Positions 23,271 through 35,775 of a stretch of 64,000 nucleotides of DNA are shown in pieces (the first letter of the stretch is position 1; every line of letters starts with the position of its first letter). The stretch is from NCBI RefSeq assembly GCF_006345805.1, contig NC_043020.1, positions 17,546,001 through 17,610,000 of the forward strand, read 5' to 3'. This DNA comes from Octopus sinensis. Its lineage: Eukaryota. Below the pieces are notes generated by a model. It had not been told where the DNA came from, did no database searches, and saw only the letters and a program-made list of their open reading frames with translations. A program made the position numbers and the translations under genes.

Positions 23271-24339
23271 AATATCTGCGCGTGTTTCTGTGTATGTAGT
23301 AGGTAGGTGTAAATGTTTGCACTGCCTTTTGAGATTACTGAACTTGTGTAAATATGTGACTTATACATTTGTACGCCCTTTGTATGTTTATATCTTAATT
23401 CATAATTGTTAAAAACTACGATGTGTAAAAAGAAATAACATTACACACACACATACACACACAGATAAGTATTTACTGAGGACACGGTATATATCTAGTT
23501 TTTGTTTTTACACTTTAGCATATATCACCAATATATATATATATAAATAAATGAAAGAATTAGGATAATTCATTTACCTATTTATATATATATATATATA
23601 TGTATGTATATGCACACACACTCACAAACTGATACACGGTGTATATGATGCATACATGCACGTACGTACATTTATGTATTACAATGCATATATGCATATA
23701 CGTACTGAGACATAACTAAAAGTGCCACCGTGGGTTTAGGAAATGAGGAACAGATATATATCTTTGCCTACGGAAACCAATCAATTGTATTAGGTTGTTT
23801 ACAACATGCAAAGCATAATACACTCCCCATGAACAAAGAATGGACAAAATGAAATAAATAAATAAAACGGAAACACTGTTTGGAGAGTGTAAAAAAAAAA
23901 GAGAACACTTGAGTTTAAATTAACAACCCTGAGACAAGAGTTAAAAGCTGTTAGTGAAATGCACCGACAGCAGAAGAGAGTAGCTGGGGAAAAAAATTAA
24001 CAAGGAATCTAATCAAAAATCAATCGGCCTTATACAGAGATACGAGGTGGGCAGTCGATAAGTGAGTGTCACAGTGGTTCCTTCTCAGTAGGATACGGAA
24101 TCGTTCTGGAGAAAAATCTGGTGTGAGGAAAAGAAGTTTGATTAGAATGCAATAGGGTTAAAAAAAAAAAAAAAAGGGAATAAACAGTGTCCCTGCACTC
24201 CTCGAAAAGCATACCGCATCAATCATGGCACCCTCTAAAACTGGTTTAGAAACTTCAGGATATGAAAAAACAAACAAACAGGAAGAGAGAGTCTTGATTG
24301 TCGAACACTGGTACAAAAGTAGTGACCTTCTCCCAAAGA

Positions 24340-24720
24340 TATCTTACCGACCTTTACCTGCCAGCTCTGACTGCAGCCACGTTGGGACCCCACCTTGAAA
24401 GGTTTACTCAAACAAATTGACCACAAGGCTTATTTTTTAAGCCTGGTACTTATTCTGTCGATCTCTTTTTGCCAAACTGCGAAGTTACAAGAACGAACAC
24501 AAAGCAAAACTGGTTGTCAAGTAGCTGTAAGGAACACACACACACACAATACCTATGCATATAACGACAGGCTTCTTTCTGTTTCTGTCTACCAAATCCA
24601 CAGAGAAGGCTTTGCTCAACCCAGGGTTATATAGTAGAAAACACTTGCCCAACACAAGGTGATATCTAGTGGGACTGAACTCAGAACCATGTGGTTGGGT
24701 AGCAAACTTCTTATCCCACA
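24340..24720 (-). mobile_element. SINE family A, older copy
   Basis: Reverse complement of family A. Confidence 0.7.
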
Positions 24721-24834
24721 GTCGTACACACTAGGCTGACTGGTGTTAGCACAAACAAGGTCGATATTCAAAAACAAAGCCACTCACATGGCGAAAAAGG
24801 AGTGACCAGTTGCTTATCAGAATCTGATATATAA

Positions 24835-25032
24835 ATGTGTGTGTGGTAAAAAAAAATCTGCTCCCCAACCACATGGTTCTGGGTTCAATCCCAATGTGTG
24901 GCATTTTAGGCAAGTGTCTTTTACTATAGCCTCAGGCTGATCAAAGCCTTGTGAGTGGATTTGGTAGACAGAAGCTGAAAGAAATATGTTGTGTGTATGT
25001 ATGTGTGTGTATATATATATATATATGTATAA

Positions 25033-25066
<34 letters not shown>

Positions 25067-25215
25067 ATTTGTGTTTGTCCCCTGCCACTGTTTGATAACC
25101 AGTGTTGGTGTGTTTACATCCCTGTAACTGAGCAGTTAGGCAAAAGAGACCAATAGAATAAGTACCAGGCTTAGAAAGAAAATAAGTGCAGGGGTCAATT
25201 CATATGACTGAAAAT
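24835..25215 (+). mobile_element. SINE family A
   Basis: Family A consensus. Confidence 0.75.
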
Positions 25216-25901
25216 TAGGGTAAAAGGTAATAGAGAAAGAAGTGTTTGAACCTGTTTCTCCAGGATCTTTGTTATAGAAATATCATCACCACAGCTGAGC
25301 TAGCAGCTGGGAAGAAAGGTGTTTGGGGATGTAATGAACAAAGTTGAATTAACAACACTGATATCAGAAGTGTGGAAGCATAACAGGACCAGTCACAGTG
25401 TGGCTGGAAAGTATTTGATTCTGTTCCTTACTTATGGGACATGGAGTCTCATACACTTGCTAAAGTTGTAGAAACCATAAGATAACTTGACTTCATCTTT
25501 GGACCATCGTCTTCAGGTTCCAAGTACAGCAATGGGTTCCATTGTCACTGGTACGATACTGTATTATAGGGGTACATATCAAACTGACAGTCCTTCTTTA
25601 ATGCTCCCTTTACCTTTTACTTGTTTCAGTCATGTGACTGTGGCCATGCTGGAGCATCGCCTTTAGTTGAGCAAATCGACCCCAGGACTAATTCTTTGTA
25701 AGCCTAGTACTTATTCTTTTGGTCTCTTTTGCTAAGTTACAGGGACGTAAACACACCATCATCGGTTGTCAAGCGATGTTGGGAAGACAAACATATACAT
25801 ACATATATACGACAGGCTTCTTTCTAGAACAGTGACCCATGCAAGCAAAATAGTAAATTTGGAATCCATGGTAGTATTTTAAGAGTTCATTAAATTATTT
25901 T

Positions 25902-26307
25902 AGGCATAGGAGTGGCTGTGTGGTAAGTAGTTTGCTTAGGAACCACGTGGTTCCGGGTTCATTCCCACTGCGTGGCACCTTGAGCAAGTGTCTTCTACTT
26001 TAGCCTCAGGCCGACCAAAGCCTTGTGAGTGGATTTAGTAGACGGAAACTGAAAGAAGCCCGTCATATATATGTATGTGTGTGTATATGTTTGTGTGTCT
26101 GTGTTTGTTCCCCCACCCCCCAACATCGCTTGACAACTGATGCTGGTGTGTTTACATCCCTGTAACATTAGTGGTTCGGCAAAAGAGACCGATAGAATAA
26201 GTACTAGGCTTACAAAGAATAAGTCCTGGGGTCAATTTGCTCAACTGAAGGCGGTGCTCCAGCATGGCCACAGTCACATGACTGAAACAAGTGAAAGAGT
26301 AAAAGAG
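25902..26307 (+). mobile_element. SINE family A inserted in hAT MITE (MITE pieces ~25830-25900 and 26308-26660)
   Basis: Full SINE; the flanks match the hAT MITE at 51862-52502 and end ggttgagaaccattg. Confidence 0.8.
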
Positions 26308-26328
26308 ATGTATTTATTGCAGGAAACA

Positions 26329-26476
26329 AATCTAGGACATTTACACCCCCAAGGACAATTACCCCTGAGGACAACAGATATTGATTTAAAACTTAATATA
26401 TTAGAGAGGGGAGTAATTAATTAAGGGAGGTAATCGTCCTAGGGACTAGTTGTTGGGGTGGGGAATTGTCCTGATA
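26329..26476. mobile_element. MULE-like MITE with 11-bp flanking direct repeat
   Basis: aggacaattacccc / ggggaattgtcct inverted ends; tgcaggaaaca at 26318-26328 and 26477-26487. Confidence 0.55.
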
Positions 26477-26936
26477 TGCAGGAAACAGCTGTTTGTTTCT
26501 CTAATATTTTACATAGTTTAAACTACACAAGTGAATTTGTGATGAACACCAAAATAGGAATTTTGAAAGAAGTATATATAAAAAACTAGTTTTTAAACAC
26601 CGAATGGCTCTGGGAGTCCACCAGAATAAAATAGTCATCAATGGGTCCATGGATAAAAATAAAATGGTTGAGAACCATTGATCTAAAAGATACTTCTTTG
26701 AAAATAGATGCCAAGAATATGAATGATGCAAAGAAGAGCCTTGACCTGGTTACAACTTTATCCAAGGATATAAGGATGGAGTTAGACCAGGATAAATGTT
26801 CCTCCATGATTATAAAACTAAGGATTATTATAAACCAATCTAGTGACCCTTCAATCAATGGGGTGACTATTTCTCCTATATTTGATGAGGAATACTACAA
26901 GTACTTAGGCATAGTTGAAAATATTATCCTCTAAGG

Positions 26937-27002
26937 CAGCAGTCCCCAAACCTTTTTTGCACCAGAGCCCAGTTTCATGCAGGACAAATTTATTCCACAG
27001 AC
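26937..27002. mobile_element. hAT-Charlie/Buster terminal fragment
   Basis: cagcagtccccaaaccttttttgcaccagagcccagtttcatgcaggacaaatt; preceded by the NNNTANNN site ctctaagg. Confidence 0.55.
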
Positions 27003-27304
27003 CAAGGGATTACATGTATAACAAACTCAATAAAGTACGTAATATATAATTTAATAACTGCATATGTAATGCATGTACATTACATATATATAATACATAT
27101 TGGACTGGATTGGATTGCTCTTATTCAGGCCATTGCTGGATGGTTTGATGGGCCTACCCTGCTACACTGGGCATGGCTGCTGTCTAATGACTGAAACAAG
27201 TAAAAGATACAGGATATATAAGATAGATAACATCATGAGAGTTGGGAAGGAGCTTCTCGGAAAGTATCCCCTGACTGATGATGACCAGGCATATATAACC
27301 CCAG

Positions 27305-27535
27305 TGGCGACGAACTGGCAGAAACGTTAGCACGCCGGGCGAAATGCGTAGCCGTATGTCGTCTGCCGTTACGTTCTGGGTTCAAATTCCGCCGAGGTCG
27401 ACTTTGCCTTTCATCCTTTCGGGGTTGATAAAGTAAGTACCAGTTACGCACTGGGGTCCATGTAATCGACTTAATCCATTTGTCTGTCCTTGTTTGTTCC
27501 CTCTATGTTTAGCCCCTTGTGGGTAGTAAAGAAAT
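27305..27535 (+). mobile_element. SINE family B with 16-bp TSD
   Basis: TSD atatataaccccagtg at 27291-27306 and 27536-27551. Confidence 0.9.
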
Positions 27536-28009
27536 ATATATAACCCCAGTGATGCTGTACAACTCTATTTCACCAGGTCATAAGATGAAAAGTTATATAC
27601 ATATTAGTAGAAGGGTTAGCGCTAGAAGGGCATGCACGTATGTGGTGCATAGATAGAAAGTCAAAATAGTCTGTCTTGCACCAGCAACTGGGATAATAGC
27701 TCTCACATTGAAAGGCATGCTTTTGCATTACAAGAAGAAGAAATAACAAAATATTTGCTGCACAAAATAGACAGAGATGCAGGTGAAGCACATGGATGCA
27801 ACAACCAATGCAGACTTTGTGGAATTAGCATTAAAGAAGTCACCCACATCATAAACAGCCGTCTGAAAATGTCATCAGTGAGCTCTACCTATATATTTTA
27901 TGGCCAACATTGTATAATATAGCAACATTGTATAATAAACAACAAATATAAGACATTCACTATAAAAAATATTATTATATCTATATTGCTATTTGTCTCT
28001 TGATAAGTA

Positions 28010-28480
28010 CTGTAAATCCTCGAGTATAATCTGCATTTTTCCCCAAAAATTTAAAGGTCAAAATCCCTAGTGCGTACTATATACGAGGTTAAAAATGAAA
28101 ATGATTTTCTAAGCAATGTCTGAGTCTCTATTTGCTGTCCGGCAATGTTTATTCAGACACATTTTGTGATGTCGGGCGAGAAAATACCTTAAGCTAAGCC
28201 TGAAAGCAATGAAGTCTTAAAAGAATCATCCATAACTTGCAGTAAGCAACATTTATTAAATGTTATTACTGTTATCTCTTTATTTTCTGCAAACAAAATG
28301 CACAAAAAAGCTACACGTTTGCATCAGTTTTACAAACCAAGGACGTTATATAGACCTCCTTGACTCAAGTTAGAGAAGGGGTGCGTATTATACACAAGGT
28401 TTAGGTTTTTCAGAGGTACAGCCCCCTAAAAATCCCCTGCGTATTATACTCAAGGGCGGACTATACTTGAGGATTTACAG
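28010..28480. mobile_element. pogo/Tc1-mariner-type MITE, complete
   Basis: 25-bp TIRs ctgtaaatcctcgagtataatctgc / gcggactatacttgaggatttacag; TA on both sides. Confidence 0.9.
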
Positions 28481-28775
28481 TATTGATATAGCAATCACTT
28501 TCTCTCTTTTCGACCAACCCATCACCATCTAGTCTATGAACTACATATCGCAGCTTATAGTAATCCTACTCTTTTTATTATTCTCAACACACTCCCTTGT
28601 TACATAATATTAAATAGACTTTCTTTTGTATTATTTCTGATTGCTTTCCAGTGTTGGAACTTCAAGTTACTTTAAGTTAGTTCCTTATATTTAGCTCGAA
28701 TTCTAACCTTCCTGTTCTTCAAACAAAATTTTTATGCAACAAAATTAAAAAAATTTTTTTTTGTCTTTGGTCAGT

Positions 28776-29176
28776 AAGCGTTATTTCCTATTTACTTCTA
28801 TCTAGAAATCAAAGGAAATTGCAACTATTCCCTTCAAACTTTGCATTGGTGACTTGGACATCAATGTTTTGAAACTGACCTATTTTCCATTACATTTCAG
28901 ACAGATTCAGCACTGACTTGCTGAAGCAGAAATATTGTTATAGCAAATATTCTGCTCAATACCAGAGATTTTGTCTTTAACCATTTGAGCATATCCCTTA
29001 GTGGTTAACAATATTTGCATCTCTGATCATGAGCAGGAGTAGTGGGGAGCATCATAGTCATGTGTTGAGAGGGATTCTTTGAGGTTTTAATAAATGTAAG
29101 AAAAGCAAAGTTTGAAGGAAATATTAGCCAGTTTTCATAGTTTCTAGGGGTAAGCAAATAGGAAATAACAGTTGCT
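28776..29176. mobile_element. MITE-like element (same family as 60-425)
   Basis: Inverted ends gttatttcctattt / aaataggaaataac and cccttcaaactttgc / gcaaagtttgaagg. Confidence 0.6.
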
Positions 29177-31040
29177 ATCCAAGGACAAGAATCCTGTTAC
29201 ACAATGTAATTGGTTGAAAGGATGATGTTGAAGATAAAAATATAAGAAATTACAGTGATGTGGAGAGGATAATAACATATAATATGAAAGAAAACTAGTG
29301 GAGTGTTCCTGTCAAGATCCTCCATTAAAATGCAAGCCAAACAGACCAGACATTATGATCTGAGAGTAGGAAAGAAACTGCACGAGAAAGAAAACTATTT
29401 AAGCTGATTTAACAAAATAAAATTGAAAAAATTACAGAAAATTATTGAAGGCATTGTGAAAATATGTAAAACATTCTAAAAGTTCAGCATGTAATAAGTG
29501 AATATACACACATGTAGAAATGTTGATATTTATCTCTTTTGTCTGTGTGTACACATATGTAAGTCAAAACATAAAGATCCATCTAATTGCACACACACAT
29601 ACATACATGTGTACAGTACATGTATGCACATGTATATATATAAATATATATTTACACAGACACATATATATCACATGATCAACCAGACTATCACATCGCT
29701 GGACACAAACTGCTTTGCATTGTTTTAGCTTTTGAATGATGCCACCTCGCTGGCTAGGTGAGCAGGCCGACATTTCTCTGATTGGAAGGTTATTCTGTTG
29801 TTGGGTTATCTATTTACAGCTGAGTGGACTGGAGCAACATGAAATGAAGTGTTTTGCTCAAGAGCACAAGGCACAGCCAGTCTGGGAATTAAAATTACAA
29901 TCTCACGATCATGAATGCAACATGCCCAACCACTATACACGCGCTCACACCTGTATGTGTGTGTGTGTATATATATATATGTGTGTGTGTCTGTGACTGT
30001 GTTTTTGTTCCCACCACCACTGCCATGACCACCAGCAACCAGTCTGGGTTTGTTTACTTCTTCGCATGCTAGCGGTTCGGCAAAAGATACCGATGCAATA
30101 AGTACCATAGTCAAAAATAACTACTAGGGTCGGTTTTGTACAATTAAACCTTCTAGGTAATGTCCCTTCAAGGTTGCAGTCTAATGACTGAAACCAATAA
30201 AAAAAAATCGTGTGTGTGTGTGTGAGGGAGAGAGAGAAAGAGGTTTCGTTTACTCACGTGCGCACACATAGACATACGTTGCACATGTACTTATACTTAT
30301 ACTCACCCCTCCTCAGTATACAATAGAAGGGAAAATGTTCACATATAGGCACCATAAATACATGTTAACGTTATTAGACACATGCAAGTCTGTCCTTTCA
30401 CATAAACCCTCGTACATATCCACTCATCTGATACACACACATACAGGAAATATAGACAGAGAGATGCCCTAATTTCCATACATATATATATATACGCGCG
30501 CTCACATTAGTCTCTGTACGCTAAAAAGACAATTTGTGCAGTAATTAGCTGTAAAAGACCGCATACACACGTCCACTGTGCAGTCCGATGTAGGCGGCAT
30601 GGACAACGATGGTAGACCGGTCATGATAAACGAGGGTTTCTTCTGCTAGTTGCTTCGTTGCCTGTTTTTTGTAGTTTATACGTTTTATTTCAATATAAAC
30701 AGACACATTCCTCTCAACTTGGTTTCTCTTTAAGTGCCCATTTACAAGAAACGGAATACGCTATACACACACACATGCTCAAGTGCACACACATATATTT
30801 ATATATGTATACATGCACGTGTGTGTGTGTGTGTATGTATACATATATGTACGTATATATATATATATATATTCGAAACACGCATTGAGTCGAACCAGGG
30901 GCAGCTGATGAAGGGGAATATTCCTTGTATTGTTTGTCTTGTACTCTGTTTTTTTCGTTGTTAAAAAAAGTCCGTTTCCTTGTTTGATTTTATGCTTTCG
31001 TTTCTCGTTGTGTTCTACGTTTTATTTGTGTTGTCCTGTA

Positions 31041-31082
<42 letters not shown>

Positions 31083-31085
<3 letters not shown>

Positions 31086-31212
31086 GGTGTCCCAAAAAAT
31101 GTATACACATAGTGGTTCGGCAAAAGAGAACGATAGAATAAGTACTAGGCTTACAAAGAATAACAAATTTACAATTATTTAAGGTGTGTATACATTTTTT
31201 GGGGACACCCTG
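31083..31212. mobile_element. Mariner-like MITE in (TA)n carrying a SINE-A fragment
   Basis: TIRs cagggtgtcccaaaaaatgtatacaca / tgtgtatacattttttggggacaccctg; TA flanks; 31110-31163 matches SINE A. Confidence 0.8.
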
Positions 31213-31225
31213 TATATATATATAT

Positions 31226-31257
<32 letters not shown>

Positions 31258-31380
31258 GCATGTATATATACATATAGATGTAGGTATGTACATATATGTA
31301 TGTATCATGTTTTATTTATCAAATTGTTATTATATGATTGAACGCCTCGCGTCGTTTTCTTATTCTCCAAATAAGTTTAT

Positions 31381-31426
<46 letters not shown>

Positions 31427-31573
31427 TATATACATGCATGTGTGTATGTGTGCACGTGTATGTACGCATGGTAATACTACGACAGCTATTTGTATATACA
31501 TACACTCGCACACAATGCTAGTGCACTACAAAACCTTTTTTTTGTAAGAGGAAGAAAGTAAGACCGATCGCGG

Positions 31574-31617
31574 TGGGCGGAGTAGTTTGGAGGTGATACA
31601 TTGAGGAGAGCCAATGG
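31574..31617 (+). promoter_or_regulatory. GC box plus CCAAT box pair
   Basis: TGGGCGGAGT (31574-31583, Sp/KLF consensus) and AGCCAATGG (31609-31617, NF-Y consensus) in a CpG-retaining unique island. Confidence 0.3.
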
Positions 31618-31651
31618 AAATTATCTTGAAACAGTGTATGAGGGTGGGTGT

Positions 31652-31684
<33 letters not shown>

Positions 31685-31769
31685 GTGTGTGTGTGTGTTT
31701 GTGTGTGTGTTTCATTGTTGTACGTGCGCACGCTTTAGTAATTTTGCGCATGTGTATGCATAGCTATGT

Positions 31770-31827
<58 letters not shown>

Positions 31828-33620
31828 AAGTGGGAATGTGTGTATGTGTTTATAGTTGTGGGAGTGTTGACATGTACTATCACCCCACCCCTCTCTCTCA
31901 CACACCCACATGCACGCACACATACATACACACACACACACATGGTGCTCCAGCGTGGCCGCTGTCAGATGACTGAAACAAGTAAAAGACTAAGAGTGTA
32001 TGTATGTAGTTCTTTGTTCTACGGAGTGGATAGTAAATAGACTGCATCGAGGTGTGTGTTGTGTTGTATTATATATATATATATATAATATATATATATA
32101 TTATATATATAACCGTAAGATTGTCTATATATATAAATTGTGGTGTTTGTGAGTGGTGGGTGTACGTTTTAATTGGAATGTCTGTGTGCGAACGTGAACT
32201 GTGTAAACTTCTGTGAACATTTTTTGAATATTGTTTATAAAAGAACATTTAGGTGTTTATTGTATGTTGACATTGTGCGTCTGAGAGTAAGCGGTGTGTG
32301 TATGTATGTATGTACGTAGGTAGGTAGGTATGTGTGTGTGTATGTAGGTAGGTATGTGTGTGTAGTATTCTTGGATACATTTACTACATTTAGAGACACT
32401 GAGGCTTTCTTTCGGTATACGTGGAAAATTTTCGTAAGGAACTGGCAATGAAATTCTTTTAAAAAGCAAAAAGCAAAAAACTATAGTCTCTACATTTTTA
32501 AGAATGGAATCCCAAAATGTTTTCGGAAAATGTTACAAAAAAAAAAACAGATTTAAGGGGTTGGTGGAGGGGTGGGGATAAAAAATTTGATTTTTATTTT
32601 GTTGCAAAATTGTTATCTTGTTTGTTGAAGCCATAGGAAGCCAAAGAAATTTTTGCGCAAAATAAAGAAACAAATAAAATAAAATAAAATAATTAAATAG
32701 TGGAGTGGTGAGTTGCCTATTCATCGTATCCGCCTGGACATTGTCGAATATTTCCACTTTCAATTTCTGATTACAAACCAAAAGAATGTTTGTACCATCC
32801 CTAGATTGTCAATCTTTTCCGTTTCATTGTTGTGATATCGTCTAACACTATCGTTTTAAACAAACGTGCATACACGTACTTACAAATCAAATTATCGAAG
32901 TCGTTAGAGCGTCGAACAAAAGACATTGCACTTGTTAATTCTGATTCTTTACGTTCTGAGTTCAAATCCCGCCGAGACCAAATTTGAGCCTTCGGGGTGG
33001 GGTTGATAAATATCAATCTAGGATAGTGGTCTAGCAGCACCGTTTGAGCATCAGACAGGATATGCTCTGCAATATTTGTCCTGGCTAAGGTGGTGAGCTG
33101 CTTAGCGGCATTTCGTCCATCTTTACGTTCTGAGTTCAAATTCCGCCGAGGTTGACTTTGCCTTTTATTCTTTCAGGGTCAATGAAATAAGTACCAGTTG
33201 AACACAAATTTGAAACCAATATTTGTTCTAGTTGTTTGTATTCTGAGTTCAAATTCTGCAAAGCCAGTTTCGGTGGTAGGCTTCATCCATCATTTTGTTT
33301 AATTCTATCAACCTACAATTTTGGCCTCTTTAATAGTATCCACCCTATTGCAAGCAATACATATATAGTTCATCATACATTTAGAAACAGCTGTGTCCTT
33401 CAGGAGGACACAACTTGGATTTTAACCCTGTGGCTGTGTAGTAAGAAACTTGCTTCCTAACCACATGGTTCTGGGTTCAGTCCCACTACATGGCACCTCG
33501 GAAAGTGTCTTTGGCTATAGCTTTAGGCTGACCTTGTGAGCTGATTTGGTAAATGAAAACTGAAAGAAGCCCATTGTTTGTGTGTGTGGGTGTATAGCTA
33601 ATTACTAAAACAAGTAAATG

Positions 33621-33659
<39 letters not shown>

Positions 33660-34059
33660 TATAGTGTGGCACAGCACCCACATCAGTGGCAGGCTGTAAA
33701 AGGGTAAGTTGCCCCTTCTATCTATGGACTAAGGTGACACCTTGGGCAAGTGTTGACGACCCCTTAACCTCTCCTGCCAATGATACCATGGAGATGTCAG
33801 CAGCAGGATGTTGGATAACTGACAAAGTGGGTGAGTCCAAGATCACCGGCTTGAAGGTTAGTGCAGCCAAGCAGATCTGTGCCATCAGGCAACAGTTAAG
33901 TATCAACTTGTGAGTGAGCTGCTACTGTGAAGCAGCTTCATTGTTGTGCACACTTGTTGCTCTCTTGTACATATTTGGTACTTGGTATGGAGACCTAGAG
34001 AGGCAGTCTGGTGGGGAGACGATCCCAACTGCCTTGCTCTCCATCTAAAGACATATTGT

Positions 34060-34562
34060 TAGATCTAGGAAGACATGGAACAAGGTGGTGAAGCATGATC
34101 TTTGAATGCTGGCCTCTCAAAGGGAATGGCAAATGACTGAGGCCTTTGGTGATTTGCTGTGCTTGAGAAGAACCATGAAGCTGAGTGAAATCATAGTTGT
34201 GACTGATGCCGGTGTCACATAACTGGCACCCATGCCAGTGGCACGTAAAAAACATCCTCAAAAAAGTGAGCTTCATGGAGGTGATGAGAAGTGACCAAGA
34301 CCATTGGCAATATGTTATGCTCAAGAAGACTCATGAAGCCAAGTGAAATTGTAGTTGTGACAGAAGCCAGTGTCACATAACTGGCACCTAAAAAGCACTC
34401 ATTACACTCTTGGTGAGGCTGGCATTCAGAAGGGCATCCAGCTGTAGAAACCATGCCAAATCAGATTGGAATCTGGTGCAGCCATCCAGCTTACCAATTT
34501 CAGTCAAACTGTCTAACCCATGCCAGCATGGAAAGCAGATGTTAAATGATGATTATGATGAA
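34060..34562 (+). pseudogene. RTE LINE 3' end with UTR and (GAT)n tail
   Basis: RSRKTWNKVVKHDL (RPRKTW..V..DL motif), followed by the RTE tail repeat. Confidence 0.7.
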
Positions 34563-34909
34563 GTCTGAACTGAACACCCAACAAAATGTGGGTGTGTGTG
34601 TAGTCTAGTGGTTAAGGTGTTGCACTTGGGATCACAAGATCATGGTTTCAATTCCCAGACTGGTAGTGCATTGTGTTCTTGAGCATAACACTTCATTTCA
34701 TGTTGCTCTAGTCCACAGTCCACTCAGCTGTAAATAGGTAAGCCTGGCTGTGGACTGATGTCTGGTTCAGAATGGATGTTGGTTTGCTTTCCAAGCCAGT
34801 GGGATTGGCATCATTTGAAAGCTTCAACAATGTGAGGAAGTGCATTGTGACCAGCTGTGTATAACAACATCTGATTGTCTGAGTCAATACAGTGAAGCAT
34901 GTGTGTGTG

Positions 34910-35370
34910 TCATCATCATCGTCGTCATCATCATCATCATTTAACGTCTGTTTTCCATGCTGGCATGGGTTGAATGGCTTGATGAGCTTGTCAGCTGAAC
35001 GGCTGCCCAGGCTCCATATCTCTTTTGGCATGGTTTCTATAGTTGGATACCCTTCCTAATGCCAACCACTATACAGAGTGTACTGGGCACTTTTATGCAA
35101 CATCAGCACAGGTGCTTTTATGTGGCACTGGCACAAGTGTTCTTCACATGGTACCAGCACCCACGAGCCCACAGCATTAGGATTGTTCAGCTGAAGTCAG
35201 ATGTAGGGGACATACCTGTATGCAAGGACAACCACAATTTTACTTAGCTTGATGTATCTTCTCAAGTACAGCAAATGACTAGAAGTCTTGGCCCCCTGTC
35301 ATCTCCTCAGTGAGGCCCAGTGTCTGAAGATCCTTTCTCACCACTTTGTCCCATGTCTTTCTGGGTCTGC
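34910..35370 (-). pseudogene. RTE LINE 3' end with UTR and (GAT)n tail
   Basis: Minus strand RPRKTWDKVVRKDLQTLGLTEEM. Confidence 0.75.
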
Positions 35371-35409
35371 GCTCATGTATGTGTGTGTATTATTTGTGTG
35401 CATTTGAAT

Positions 35410-35775
35410 ACTCTTTTACTTGTTTCAGTCATTTGACTGCGGCCATGCAAATCGACCCCAGGACTTATTTTTTGTAAGCCTAGTACTTAGTCTGTCGGTC
35501 CCTTTTGCTGAACTGCTAAGTTACGGCGATGTAAACATATCAGCATCAGTTGTCAAGCGATGTTGGGGGGGACAAACACATACACACACACACACACACA
35601 CACATATACATATATACGACAGGCTTCTTTCAGTTTCTATCAACCAAATCCACTCACAAGGCTTTGGTTGGCCCGAGGCTATAGTAGAAGACACTTGCCC
35701 AAGGTGTCACATAGTGAGACTGAACCTGGAACCATGTGGTTGGTAAACAAGCTACTTACCTCACAGCCACTCCTA
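35410..35775 (-). mobile_element. SINE family A
   Basis: Reverse complement of family A. Confidence 0.8.

Larger units (their letters stand above)
23700..29400 (+). pseudogene. Fragmented R4/Dong-like RLE non-LTR retrotransposon broken by nested insertions
   Basis: Colinear motifs: ESFWRKIWCEEKKFD (~24100), KVFDSVPYLW (~25410), RGTYQTDSPS (~25570), LKIDAKN..DIRMELDQDKC..YKYLGI (26700-26915), CRLCG..THIINSR CCHC knuckle (~27810-27860), PNRPDIMI endonuclease PD motif (~29340). Confidence 0.75.

Noticed and set aside
22543-23412. 289-aa and overlapping YIYTH-type ORFs (also 41947-42313 and 61779-62339)
   Set aside because: TA/CA/TG microsatellites lack stop codons on both strands.
30873-30925. 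GAAAC...CTGATGA hammerhead-like words
   Set aside because: No GAAA follows stem II, and no stem I pairing exists in the permuted order; at most a broken Penelope-type remnant.
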